Below, piece by piece: positions 50,001-63,800 of a stretch of DNA of 64,000 bases; the stretch's first letter is position 1, and the number at the start of each line of letters is the position of its first letter. The stretch comes from Zygnema circumcarinatum SAG 698-1b (taxonomy: Eukaryota > Plantae > Zygnematophyceae): assembly GCA_037447605.1 (NCBI GenBank), contig CM074806.1, positions 2,232,001-2,296,000 of the forward strand. The letters are read 5' to 3'. The translations under genes were made by a program, and so were the position numbers. A model generated the notes under the pieces. That model was given only the letters and a program-made list of their open reading frames with translations, did not search any database and was not told where the DNA came from.

Positions 50001-53000
50001 TTCTTCCCAACTGAGCATCTCAAATAGGCTTGCCAGCCCAGCTCTTCAATTCACATGACCTTCGTTCACACAGAAAGCACCTTTTCTCTCACGAATTATC
50101 CACAGAACGGAAATTGTGCACGCAATGCATTTGCAAGTTCATTTCGCGACAAGCCCGGCTGTAGCCTCTTTCAAAGAGCATGTCAAGAAACAAGAAGATG
50201 GCAATGGCACAGAAGTATGAGCTGAATAGCAGGCAGCACACCTTGGCACGCATATGGCCCATCGGACTTTGAAATTCGGGGAAAATGTACTGAGCCAACA
50301 TGACCTCCAGTTGGTCTTTATAGGGTTCTACTTTCTTCAGCTTGTCCTTCAGCGCTCCGACTGCCAACATAGCCCCATCTTTCTGTCGGTAAGGCTTCTG
50401 ATCGGCCGGGGCCTCCTCAAATCTGCATTTGCAGAACCAACAGGCGCGAAGAATGACCTGATCATTCCACAAAGTGAAAACCAATGTTGGTTTGTCCATC
50501 CACAATTTTTCTTTACGAATACCTTTACGGACAAGTTTGAGCAATATAATATTACTATGAGACGCCAGGCAGAGATAGCAGACCTTTCCGCACCATGACA
50601 AGTAGGAGATTACAAAAACCTCTTTGTAAGAATGTCAATTTGAACAATTGAAAACCATGGAGGTTATCCCAGTTTAAGCTTCAAACTGCTTAAGGCCTTT
50701 TCGATCAAGAATAAAGGCACAAAGCTGACAAGCCAAAACATATTTAGCCATATCAGCATTCATGGCTGAATCAAGCTGCAGTGCTCCCGGAGTCCACCCA
50801 CTCGGAAACCGGACTGCCCAAAAAAGTTCAATGTGCTGGTGGTTTACAAGTCGGCTTAATTTCAGCTTTCAATTCTAGCGCAAAACGAGTAAATCGTGCA
50901 GCAAGTAGTGCTGCAGAAATCGTATTTAAGTGCCTAGGAATACCTAACGATCATAAAATATATCCAACTCCTTTCTGTGATAGAATAAGATTGTTTTGTA
51001 AAAAAAAACCCTTTTCGGACGCTTTTCGCTTTTTTTTTCTTTTTTTGCAAGTCCGGAGGAGAGCAATGCCGGCTCACCTTCTGAATAGAGTGACCATGGC
51101 AGAAAGGAAGGTCTCAAGATTGTCTTTCTGCCGTTTGATCACAAGCTCCACTATAAAATTCATCGCCGCGGTTCTGGAACTGTACATGTCCTCAAAAATA
51201 TCTGGAAAGCAGCAACAACTTCAGTGGCATTGATAACAGTTCCAAGACGAAGGGCGCAATCCTTTAACACACTGTCAGATGCCCTAACTTCATTGAGTCG
51301 GGCAGAAGAGGATGAGCCACATAGTTTAAGGAAGAGTCACAAACCATAGTTCTTGCGCACATATTCATGCGGGTCGTCCCTCCATAGCTGATCATCCGCG
51401 TCGTTGAAACACATAAGAGGGAAAACAATATCATACAGAAGTACTTGCAGGTGTGGCTTTAGCAGCTTGTACATCTCTTTTCTTGACACGCTGTTCCCAC
51501 AGCCCACACTCCCACAGATGGTGTCAGATCAGGATGAACAACAATCAACGCCTGATCCTTCACTTCAAAGAATACATGCAGCGTGCCTTCACTTGATCTA
51601 CTAGCACAGTCCATGGCCATTCACGAATGAACCACCGTTCATTGTTCCTCTTACATGTAAAGCATTTAATTCAAGCCCAACGAACTAAAGACACCAAATG
51701 ACCTGACCATATCATCCTTCCAGCAACACTCCTACCGTCACAAAAACGGGTTTACTCTAATCTTCCGTTGCGTGCTCGAATGGCAAGATGCACGTCAGAC
51801 CGAACTCCCTCAACCGAAAAAGGAGAGGAACGAAAGACCAAACGAAACGTGAAGAGCATTTTCCTATTCTCAGACAATCACAGGATATGGGCACGGCTCT
51901 GAAGGAGCCATATCGCAAGTAGCCGCCTTTCATAAAAGAGGTACAAAGGAAACGGGACACATGAAGGGATACTGAATCCCAGCCAACGGAGCATATCTGG
52001 GAAGCCAAGATGGCAAACAGGACAGCACCTTGTGTTCAGGTACTGCAGGGCCAAGTTGATGATGCGTTCTGGAAGATATCCACCCTCCCTCAATGGAGCC
52101 AACAGCTTCAAGTACACATCCAAAAACCTCCCTGCCACTTGACTTTTCTGGAACATAAGAGAAAATTCTCGAAGTTCCCCCTTAAAAATCTTAGGATCAC
52201 CAAACCTGTTTCCCTTCCCCAAACATGATAATTCCAGTTAAGCGGGGCAACTTCCTGCTCCTCCAAGTAATAGGATCAGAGTGGACGTCACTAGACCCAC
52301 TTGAAAGATACGCGCACTAAAGCCCTTTCATGACAGTAATTGCGTGCGTAAAGAAGCGCTTTCAAGTTGGAGGTGCTGGATTACTAGAGGTTAGCAGACA
52401 ATTCCACGTCATCACCTCATGACAAACAATTACCTGTTGTATATCCGGTTCACAATGGAAAGTACCCACTTTCGTACTTTCCACCATGGAAAGGCTTTCC
52501 TCAGTTCTGGGTCCTCACTTTGCCCTTCGACTGGCACTGGCCGATCAAGAAGTGTGAAGAAACAAGCCATCCAGTCGAGGAAAACAGCTTCCTCTTGCAA
52601 ACTGGGCGGCATTCCAAGCTACACAAACAGAAACACAATTACATCAGATCTTGTCCATCCAAGGCTTTGGCAGGACCAACTTGCCGATTCGTATTAACAG
52701 GCCCATATGATACGTCTGTAGCAATGAACGGCAAACTGAAAAATCCCTAACATTCAAGCGACTGGCTGCGACAGTCACGAGGTCCGCCCGTCAACATGAC
52801 TCACATCAGGACAATTCATGCCACACCAAAAACTTAGCGGATGGCCAGAACGGAGCCCGAGACAATGGCTTTTGTGACCCAATTACGATCACAGAGGAGT
52901 TGCACCAGACTAGGCAGCCAGTCCCCCTTTGACACACTCCTCAACATACACCACGGTCCTTTATTAACTACAAGTCGTTTCCGAAACAAACAGATAGAAT

Positions 53001-55256
53001 AGAGTATACCCCATACCGTTTTTGTGCGCATGGATGACTAATTCAATAACCGAGAAACGTAAGCCACAAAAAACGAGGCCATCCAATGTACAGAACGAAT
53101 GCACAAAAAGACGGTGCGTGCGTGCATAACTTATGCCAGATGGGTTCGGGTTTGACTACAGCGGTCTTGTCTGTATTTAAAGTGAAGTATGCATGAGCAT
53201 GGGGGAAAGGGTAAGATTGCCATTGCTTGGTTACATGCAAGCCCTGCTTTTATATACATTCACTTACGCACCAATGACCACGTGCACATTCATCTCCATA
53301 AAAAAGAACAGTTTCCGCAAAAAAAATCTCATATCGTCGCCTTTCATGTCTGCAAAATGGCTTTGCTCAATGAGAGGGGTTCAGACAACAAGGTAGTACT
53401 TACATAACAGGCGGAGGCAAAAATTTTACAGATAAGCTTGATCAATTCCGCAACTTCCAAAGTGGGATTGGGCACCGCAATAAGATACTTAAAAATGCTG
53501 AGTAAAAGTGGAAACAAACTTTGCACCACAATGTGAAGGTGCTGCCGTTCCTCCTCTTCTTTGAACCTGTAGCCAATCACAATCTAAGGTGAGAAGAAAG
53601 GCTGGATAACTGAAGCAACAAATCGTCGCATCTAAATCTACAATAGAATGGCAATGAAGTAATAAATTCAAAATATCATCAGGGCCTTCGACTCATTCTT
53701 CAGAATGCTACGGCAATCCTAGGATCTCAAACATCTATTTTTCATATGAGGATACACTAATCATGGAGAAAATGAGTGTCTTGGATTCCGTTTCAGGAGT
53801 CAAACCATGGAAGTGGAACTGCCTGAGCGGCGTAGAAAAGAAACGTACTATGGGAAAATAAACTGGCATAAAGAACACTGCTCAGTCGGCAATAGGAGAG
53901 TGGCATGAAACTTACTCATACTTCCGAGCTAGCACTCGAAATGCAACAAGAGCACCATAGATGCGATTCTGATCTTGAGATTTGAGGCTGGAGTCAATGA
54001 GAGGTAGCAACGACGGCCATTCGTTCGGATAGTCTGTCTTGACAACTGCCTTAAGGCACTCTTGCAGCTGCAACCTGCCATTGGGTCACCATCACAGAAG
54101 GTAGTCTTTAGGGCAGAAAAGTGGACGGCTTATAAAACCCGTTCCAGAGAGTTCTCAAGCATGCTTCAGCCGTTTCCTTTACTTCTCTATAAAACCCCAG
54201 TGCCGATAGAGATTTTATTGGGAGGTTACGAACCACACAATCCAGCTAGGGGTAGCTTTCGCCCGCGAAAACCCCTCAAAGTTGCCAGTTCCATTGAGAC
54301 AAGAGGTTAACGCTTGAGAAAAATGCCAGCCATTCTCCTTTCAAAAAGTACTTGTAAAAGGCGGGCATTTACCTAATGGCCGGTGGAGCATGGACGATAG
54401 CCTCAAAAAGATTGTCTCTCACAGTTGCCTTGTCACTTGGAGAAAAAACTTCGGCTGAAAAGCAACCCAAAACAAAACGAACTGCTGTATGTCAAGTTCC
54501 CAGAATGTTCAGTCTTGAGAAAGCAGCAGCTAAGTACGACCAAGACCGAGTGCAGTTTCCTGACAAAAGACCCTCAAACTCTGAAAGCAATAAGAAAATC
54601 TATATCAGGTTCAGACCCTTCCTGATCTCTATGCAACCCAAACCCCTATATTCCTACACTGGAATTCACAATTGTTGTTGAGCTACATCTTTGCGGCTGG
54701 ACTTCGTACCTTTATCCAAATCTTCGTCAGCTTCCCAATCTTTGGAAACAAGGTTTTTGAAATAAATGCTGGCAATTTGGCGAATTGGAAACTCCACATC
54801 GTTCCTAACAACAACCTGCATGAGACCGACGAGATGGCCGGGAGAGTGCTGATGCTGGATCCCTCCCAGGCCCAAAAGCGGTAAGAAAAAATCAGCCTTT
54901 TATGAAAATACCAATTGAGACAGAGGAAACAGTATGATCCAAAGGGTGGTACTTCTCGATATCAAACGATAGCAATTACCGAGAACTTGTCCCCAAAAAC
55001 GACAAGCGAAGACTCAGCAAAACAAGCATGCAGCTTCGTCTCTGAAACCTGACCGGGATTCGGCCACAGAAGAGAACCCACGCCCCGGCAAAACGCATAC
55101 AAGGTGATTTTAAGCTTGTAAGTAAGTCTCAAGAACATCGCCAAGCTGCTAATAATCTCGTCTCACCTGCTTCAGTTGCTCTTCTCCGGCCTTCCGCTCT
55201 TCCGGATTGGCACTAAGGGCCATTTTCAGCACCGACGCAAGCGTGAGAAGATCCAT
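44040..55256 (-). CDS. SAD2: Importin-beta family protein SAD2 (importin-7/8-like), more than 20 exons
   Basis: [129 protein letters not shown] and the acidic [21 protein letters not shown]. Confidence 0.95.
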
Positions 55257-56317
55257 TGCCTTCCCCTTTACCTTGAAAAACTCTGCTACTTTCCTGCAAT
55301 CTATCAAAGCAGCTCAGGCCCCGGCCAGAGGCAGCTGATATATAAGAAGATGCTTGCGTAACTCCTTAGCAGACGCGAGGATTCTTCTCCCCTGCGCTGT
55401 ACAGATAAGTGGCAGAGGGGCGACAGCTGCGAGCTCCGCCGCTATGGCGGCTGCCGAGCAGATAGACCTGCAGGGGCGAAGAGTCTAGGGAGGCCGCCAG
55501 ACGCTGCCTTTATACCGTCCGCGCGAGCGGCAGAGGGGGGAAAAGGGGGGGTCCGCCAGCCAGCCTTGAAGCTCAGCTGAAGGCAGGGGCTGTCCGCACG
55601 TGCGAGGAGGAGAGGAGGGGCTGTCGGCTGCCCGCCAAGGCCGAGGCCGGGACTCGGAGGGCGCGCGTCGGACATGGAACCCGCCGTTTACAGTTTGCCG
55701 GACTTGTGCATGGAACGCGCTGGCCCATGGGAACGATGATGGTGATGATGATGGCTTTTTAAATAACCATGCTTTTTACGGTACACCTACCTGTCTCGCC
55801 CACCAAAAGAAAAGGATTGATTGCACATTGGCATTAAACGAAGGAAAATGGCATGGCGAGGCCATCAAATGTACATGGACAAAAGCAGCAAGTGGAACCA
55901 CGAGGGAATAGGTCGCAAAGGACCTAAGCACAAAAGACAGAAGCTAAGAGCGGAACGCATTAAACGCGCTTCACAATGCGCCTGTGCGCCCATCGCTCCT
56001 TCGAGATGCGCGCACGGCCACGGAAGCCGCCCTCTCGTCCTCCGGCGATCCTCGCTACTTTTAATCGACAGCGCATTTCCGTCGCCCTTCAGCGTTGCCG
56101 TCCTCGCTTCTCCGCTCCGGCGTGAATCCGCGGTTGGTTGTTGGTGGCCGTGCCTGTCGGTGGCCCTCCGCCGCTCCCTCCCTCCACCCGATGTGATGTG
56201 CCGCACATCGATCGGTGACCTTCGCGGCTGCTTCGAGAGAGGGAGGGCTTCAAGCATTGTTGCGTCTAGGCGTAGTTTTCCGCTCCTAGCTTCTATCTTT
56301 TGTGCTTAGGTCCATTA

Positions 56318-56450
56318 GGGCGTGTCAGACTTAACGAAATTTTACGAACAAAAAAGTTTTGTAAGTACTCCGCCGCACCAGGATTGCGATGACACCGAAG
56401 TACTCGTTCTGGTCTCAAACTTACGAACAATTTTTAAGTCTGACACCCCC
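56318..56450. mobile_element. About 135-bp TA-flanked MITE, copy 2
   Basis: TIR GGGCGTGTCAGACTTAA / TTAAGTCTGACACCCCC with TA on both sides. Homologous to 12956-13088. Confidence 0.7.
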
Positions 56451-57092
56451 TATTGCGACCAGTCCCTCGCGGTTCCCTCCATGTACATTTGATGGTCTCG
56501 CCATCGTGAGACCAATGACACTTCCGTACCGCTTCACAATGCTCGCAGCGGTCGGTCCCATCTTTCGTTTGGGGTCATTATTTGTTGTGCCGTGTCCGTG
56601 TGCCCGTTCATGACTCACTCACTCCTTGGAGGCCGCGCGGCTCTCATGCCATGCCGCCCGCCCGCCCTCCCTCGTCCTCGTCCTCGTCCTTGTCCTTGGC
56701 CGACGAAAGCCGCCGCGAGGTCGGCGGCAGTCGCCAGTTAAAACAAGTCGTCGCCACTGCAATAGCCGTACAGTACAAAATCCTCCAATGTATGATTGCC
56801 ACGTGTCTGCGCACGTGTTTTGGCGAGTCGCCATTGGATGGACGGCCTTGACTACGGTTTGGCTCCCAGTGGAGAAAGGGCCGGTTTGGAAAGGGCAACT
56901 TCTTGGGTATCGCCTGGGCAGGCCGGTGGCTGCCTGCAAGCAAGGGAACGGGTGAGTGAGTGGCGGGGCGAAATGCTCAGGAAGATGATGCTGTGTGCGA
57001 TGTGCTGCTGCTTAAAATGCTTGCAATGATGTGGGGATTGCTGCTGTAGCGGGAGGAATCTCACGTTGCGCTTTGCTGGCTGGCTCGCAGCC

Positions 57093-60000
57093 ATGGCGTC
57101 GTGCTCATCCCGAGCTCAACAACTATGCAAGCCTTTGGTGCGAAGGGATCGATTTTGTTTAGCTTTCGAGAGCAGGACCAGTACGCATAGCCTTTTTGCG
57201 AATGAAAATATTTCAACAAAGCCGCGTATCAGTATGACTAAACTGGACTACTTTGTGCAGCTGGTAGAGAAGACTGCTGTCGCAGCTGAAATAAATTATT
57301 TTTTTGAGCAGAGAGTTAATAGGCGGTTGCATTCATTTTTTCATTATTCTAGTTTGACGCCGTCGCAGAAGTTCCTGCCACAACGGAAGACTCGAGCTTT
57401 TGCAATCAGCAGTGCCAAGAAGCTAGATAGTGACAGCAGAAAGCCCGTCAAGGCTGCATTCTTTGATGTCGATGGCACCATTGTCAAGTCAAATATAGTC
57501 GTGCAGTATATAAAAGTACGGATGGCAGAGCTTTCACCACTGTTAGGAACTTTATGGCTTCTCTTCTTTGCATTCAAGATTCCCCTCTATTTGCTTTTGG
57601 ATAGGATTGATCGTGCCGTTTTCAGCCGTACATTTTACCGCAATTATAGTGGAAGGCTAGTGACAACCAAAGAGAGCATGGCCTCTGTGGTCTATGAGGC
57701 ATATATGCGTCCAAAGTAAGTCCACTTTCTTGATTGTAGGAGAGTGTTCAGCGAAGAAAGTAGAATGCCAGCCTAATTTGGTCTGCATGTGAATCACTTG
57801 CCTCTATCCTTTTGCGACGTATGGAAGCTGTTTGGCCGTGGCTTCAGAACTTGGGGATAACGTTAGGTCTCTGTTTTTGTTTATCCCAAACCAGGTCGCT
57901 GTGTCAAAAGGCTAACGGAGGCTTTTCGATTGACATAGCCTGAGGATAACTTAACTTTGGACTGCGCAATAAGGAACATTTTTGTCTTCTTTTTTGTAGT
58001 TTATACTAAGCCATGGTTGACCAGTCTGCTGACGTGCAATATTGATCAAAATCAAAGGGCCTGTGCACTTGGCAGGCTATTTACGGGTGCTCTGCAGCAT
58101 ATTAGGAGTTTGAAGGATGCCGGCTTCAAAATTGTGCTTGTCACTGGCTCTCTCGACTTTCTCATGGTGCCACTTGCGACTGACTTGGGAGTAGGTAAAG
58201 CAAGGACCTTGTACGCGAAGATTTTGCAGTGATTCGTGAAAGTTGCAATGTAGCCATTCCTGCTTGGTATATTTGTATGTACAATACAAAGTCCTCTGGA
58301 AGTTTTCGTTTATGTGCCAAGAACACGGAGTGATTCTCATTCTGGTAGTATTCCTTTCAAAGGTTTCAGAGTATGTACGAAAGATTATTCATATACACCA
58401 TCAGCGCAAGTTGCGCTGCCACCAAGATGGCGATATTTGTTGCTCGAGTTTTTCAGTTTGTCCATAAAGACGTATCAACCATGATATGAGAAACAACAAA
58501 TTTTCGAAGTAATGTAAGTGATGAAAAGAACACAGCCTCTGTATTAGGTGGTAAGCATGCAGGAATAGAATACCTTCAGCAATATGTTCATAGAAGTATA
58601 CATTTTCAAGAATTCTGATTGTGTAGGGGTGGATGTAAGGCCCTAATAACGAGCTTTAGTTTGCTCTACTTTAATATTTTACCGTCTCAGTAAATGTAAT
58701 TGTTCCAATGAGAGTCATTGGACTATACTGTATGATACCTTCGGTGAAACCTCCCCAATTGAATTGTGTGGAAATTTGCAGTAAGAAGTTACATGTGTTG
58801 ATTTTTGCAGATCATGTATTTGCAGCACGACTCAAGGAAAAAAACGGAAGGTTCGTGGTTTTGGTTTTTGTGGAGGTCAGACAGAAAGTACCTACGGATT
58901 AGAAAGCACTGAAATCCGCCGGTGCCTGGTCTAATTGTGTTAAGTTTGCAATTTGGAGGAATCTTTTGTTCGGGGCACAGGCTGATGAACTCAATTTCCA
59001 TAGAAGAAATGCTAGCAGGGCCTGTGTTCTGTTTACATGTTTCAGAAGGATAGTGGTGCTGGTTTCAATTCAATAATCAATAAAAAGCAATGTGGAATGG
59101 TGTTCAGGTTTACAGGAGAGCTTGAGGGGAATGGTATGAGCCGCCAAGAAAAAGCTGCTCTGGTTCGCTCATACGCGGAGGAGTTTGGCATATCTTTGAA
59201 AGAAAGCCACGCGTATGGTGATAGTATTGCGGATCTGTCAATGTTGGAAGAGGTAAGCAGTAGCAAGGAAGGCGCATTTCGGTGGTCTAATTACAAAATG
59301 GGTTTCACTCCTTTGTTTCTGCTGAGAATTGGAAAAGTGAAGGCTGAATTATCCTCATCTCCTGGCCTTAGCTTGTGTTAAACTGCTTCTAAAAACTGAA
59401 TGACTCTGTGACTGAAGGTCGTCCAGTTTGCCATGTGGTGAGGTTGGATATTTTTCTTCTGTTTTCATAATAGCAGTTTCTAGTCGTCCAGCTCGTCATG
59501 TGCTGAGGTAGGATTTTTTGCTTCTGTTGTTATAGCTGGCAGTCTCAAGTCGTCCAGTTCATCATGTGGTGAGGTTGGATTTTGTCGTTTTGTTAGTATA
59601 GCAGCAGTCTCAGCTCGTTTCATTTGCCCATTGTTCGCTGTCACTGCCATTCACGAAGGAAAATGCTCTTGGGCCATTCCACACTCGGGCAGATAAAGTA
59701 GAGGTGCAGAAGTTAGTGTTCTCTATAGGAGTTTATAAAATGTGAAAAAAAAATCGGGAACTCAACTTTAGCAAATATATGGTCACCTTTTTCCTGCTAT
59801 AGTCGTTCTCATGATAGAAGCTGAGCCAAGGTGACATGCCGCTTGCGGCACTGTTATATGATTAAGGGCCTTTCTGCTTGCGATTCCTGGTCAAATATCT
59901 GTCAGTTGGAAATTTTTCGATAGCATAAAATGATTGACACCCGCCATGATAACCTCGGGACGTTTCGTCCACCAGCCGTATTCCTTCCTTCCTTCTCAAG

Positions 60001-60157
60001 TCTTTACTTCTGTCCCATGCACGTCATGCAGGTGGGACATCCATTCGCAGTTCGGCCTGACCAACAGCTGCGATCGGTTGCCACGGAGAGGGGCTGGGAG
60101 GTCGTTGATTGGTCAGTCGATGGACTGCCTATCGTCGTTTCACAAATGGAAGCGTGA
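57093..60157 (+). CDS. HAD-superfamily subfamily IB hydrolase (SerB1/TIGR01490-like) with an N-terminal organellar-transit-like extension. Exons 57093-57715, 58076-58194, 58811-58850, 59108-59252, 60032-60157
   Basis: Motif I AAFFDVDGT, motif II LVTGS, RFTGELEG, motif III K (QEKAALV), motif IV AYGDSIADLSMLEEVGHPFAVRPD...A.ERGW. All junctions are in frame. Confidence 0.88.
59418..59616 (+). repeat. Intronic minisatellite, 3 copies of about 65 bp
   Basis: GTCGTCCAG...CATGTG-TGAGGT-GGAT-TTTT...ATAG-CAGT begins at 59418, 59483 and 59549. Confidence 0.8.
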
Positions 60158-60880
60158 AATTCAATCTCTGAGCGGATGAGGCAGACTGCACTCCTATTCG
60201 TCCCTCCATTGCTGTGAGCACGGCGTGATGGGTCTGAACTCTGCAAGTAGCAGCGCTTCTGTAGGGGCTCGTGGTTTCCATGTAGGTTTTTTTAGCGAAC
60301 TGCTAGAGAGGGCTTCAGGCAGGGCGGATCGTGTGCCTGGAAGAAGCTGCCAAAGCCACAGTGCCAAAGCATTGGCCATTTTCAGTAATTGTTGTGAATC
60401 CTGTGATACGGCTGAATCATTTAGGATGTGGTTTTTGGCTCCAAATAATTTGTTGCGAGCATTCAGTCATGCGTAAAGTAAATTTGGTAATGTTCTGTCA
60501 TGAAATGAAAATGAGATGAAAATGAAAACGAAAATGAAATCCTATTTTCCATGAAATCGACGTTCCAAAGAGTTCTTGGTGTCAGCGACAACAGCATTGG
60601 GCAGAAAGACAAGAAAGATCAATCTGCTCATCCTTCCAAGTCTTTTTCACAACTGTTACATGTCAGACAACCTCGTCAAGTGCAAGACCATGAGACGCCG
60701 CCTCTGTCAGCCTAACGGCCTGCGTTCCAGCTCTCAACTTCTTTCTGCTAAACCTCCCACACATGGCGGTTTCTGCCTGGCAGTGGATTCAAGCCAGTGA
60801 CTTCCACCTTGCGCTACTCGCGATGCCTTTGTCAGAAGCTACATCGGAGCGATGAAACCGACCGCACTTCTGCCAGCGCG

Positions 60881-63800
60881 TTAGCCAGAGTGACTGCAAG
60901 AAGGCACCTCCATGATCCGCCATCTCCTGCCAATTTTTTGCCATTGTGTCCGAACTGATTGAGGACGGCTCCGCACCCAATGCTTGTGCTTATCTCCAAT
61001 TGCAGCTTTCACAACATGATTCTCCGCTCTTTCCGGCAACCTGCGCATTGCCCTCTTGCTTGCAACCAGATCCAACCCGTTTGATACCTCCCTTTCCCGC
61101 TTTTTGTTTCCATGTGATCCTGTCGTAGAAATGTCTTTCCTCTCCACCAATTCGCCGCCAGCAACCGCTCCCTCCTTGACTGCATCCCCTCCCTTCGCCA
61201 GCAGACCTGAAGAAGCAAAGCTTCGGAGTTGCTGATTCTCACTTTCCTTACCTTGTATAGTCTGCACAACAGTAAACGACGGCACAAGTACCGCAAACCC
61301 AACATTTAGTCAGCCAAAAGTGTTAAAAAAAGGCCTTGATATAAGATTCTCACTACTTAACCAGGTGGACTCTAACAGCTCTATAATTTTTCTTTTCGTC
61401 ATCTTATTTCCACCTACAAGTCTTTGAAGGATAGTACCTGTGGTCTATTCTGTAACTGCCGCATTCGAATTGATAATGACAAGTGTACACGGGCCATCGC
61501 AATGCATCTGCAGGAAACAAGATGATGGGAACAGCACAGGTTAATGACTGCGTATTCGGTCATCACAATGTGGTCAGCACAGCCAGAACATGGATTCCTC
61601 CGCACACGCTATGAACCTCAGGAACCGCTACCGCTACTCATGCTGTATATGGAATCAATTATAGCCTAAGATTCCAGATATCAAACTCAACCACAGCTGA
61701 AATTACAAAGCTCATATCACATTAAGAAATCCAAAAAGGCAATGAATCACAGAGCTAAATTGAACGACTACAAACCTTGCGGCTTTCCCCAATTGCTCTT
61801 CCAAGTGCTGCCTTTGTCTCTTTCCACGACGCCGAACAGCCAGAAGCTTTCTTTTCATTTCTGCATTCTTCGCTAGTTGCTGATCCAAAGCATTTCTCAA
61901 CTCGACCACTTCTCTCTCTTTCGGATGCGCAGAACTCCAACTTCTGGCCTGCAGAGAAGTGGACTCCACAAGAGCTTCATAGTCCCCATTCGCTCTTCCT
62001 CCCACGCTCTCTTCCCCCTCCTGTAACTTGCCTACCACACCTGCTGAAACTTGCGCTACTCGAGAAGATGCAAGAGTTCCATTGAAGCTATCCACCTGCT
62101 CTGCCTCTTTTCTTTCCGCCAACTCTTCATGGATGCTTCGGCTTTCGTCAGATTTTCGCGGTAAGCCGGCTTCCCCCTCCGCATCCTCTTCCTTCGGAAT
62201 ATTACTATGTGGAACGACAACTTCTTTACCTGCATCACTTTCCTTAAGGTTATCCTCGCCATCAACATTTTCCTCCTGTTGAATGCCCCTATAATTAGCA
62301 TCTTCACTCGTAAAATCACGTTCCCGATTCCAAGCATCACCCTGTGACGAAACTGCTATGTCCGTTCGAGATGAAGATCGGAAAGGTGTGCGCGCATCAT
62401 CAGCCCTGGCTTCTCTATCTCCATTATCTCCATTATCTCCATTCTCTTCCATATTGTCTGCGCCCTCAACCTTAGGTGATGCTTCTTCATACAGCAATAT
62501 TGTCGATGGCAACTTCACAACGTGCTTCATCACCTCCGCTGCATCCTCCAGAGCGACCCTTTCAGAATTTCTCATATCTACATCCACTGAACCTTCACCT
62601 GCATTTTCCAAGCCATTTTTCAGGGCAGATTTCCCAGGGGAAGGACTCCTTTGGACCTCCTCAGGACTTTCAAAACAGTTGGTAGCAACATCCCGAACCT
62701 CAGGCAAAGTCACTTGAATTGCTGGAGGGGAAGGACCGGAGTTCCGACCACTTTCTTCTTCATGACCATCTTCTCTGGTTCGCACATTTTGTTCGGTGTC
62801 ATTCAGGTCCTCCACCACCTTAACGATATCCTGCACAGAGGCCATGGCTGCCTTTGTATGGTCATGAACCTCCTCACCTCTATGTATGTTTAGGTTGTCC
62901 GCTCCTGTTTCCTGATTCTCTCCAATCCCAAAGGACGTATCCATACAGGTAACTTTTTCCGTCAAGAAAGGAGGCCCGTTGTCCATTGACATCGCTAGCC
63001 TTCCTTGCATCTCATTTTCTCTCTGCTCTCCCACTTCTCCAATCATTTCGTCTTGCGAACCCACGTGCTCGGACTTCTGTTCAGCCTCATCAACATCCTT
63101 CGGCTTACTTTCAGCTGGTTCATTAATGTTCATTGCACTCGTCATTGCTGGAGTTTTGCGCCCTTCCTGTGTACTCTGTTTTGTACTTCCTGTAGGCGTT
63201 TTCTTGAGATCCTCCTCATTCAACACTGCCAAGGGAGTTCCACGAACAGATTTTACTGGGGGACGCGCCCGTGTGCTCTTCCTCGCAGACCGTGGCAGTC
63301 CTGGCAGAACGCTGAAATCCTCTTCATCGCTGGATTGCTCCATCAACTTGGCCCTCTGAGTTCTCGTCAGAACACCCGCTCTACGCGGTGTCGTTACTCC
63401 TGCAGATTTGCTAATTTTCCCTTTGACAACCTCAGCAATTTTGTGATCAGTTGCACCCTTCACATCCATGTCTTCCGAATGACTCGCTTCTGTGGGCTTA
63501 CCTTTCTCTGAATAACAGCCATTGCCACTCTTGTCGTCCAGAGTTGCCGCATCAGTAGCATTGTCCGGCTTAGTGACGGAACCGGATTCTTGATCCTTCG
63601 CTCCCACCTCTACACCATGAGCCGAGTTCATTGGGGTATGCATAACCACATTTTCTTTCTCTTTTTTTCCACTATCTACGACCCAGGCATCAAGGGATGC
63701 TTCCGACTTCGACCCCCCTTCACCACCATTGGCTGACGGTAAAGTCAACATCAAGTTTCCATTTGAGCCCTGTTGAAGTCCTGGGACAACATTATCCTCA

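Noticed and set aside
52300-52420. Intronic C/D snoRNA in SAD2 (GTGATGA on the minus strand)
   Set aside because: There is no properly placed CTGA D box and no terminal stem.
55821-56309. 162-aa and 130-aa ORFs between SAD2 and the HAD gene
   Set aside because: GC-rich bidirectional promoter region with no recognisable motifs or consistent splice structure.
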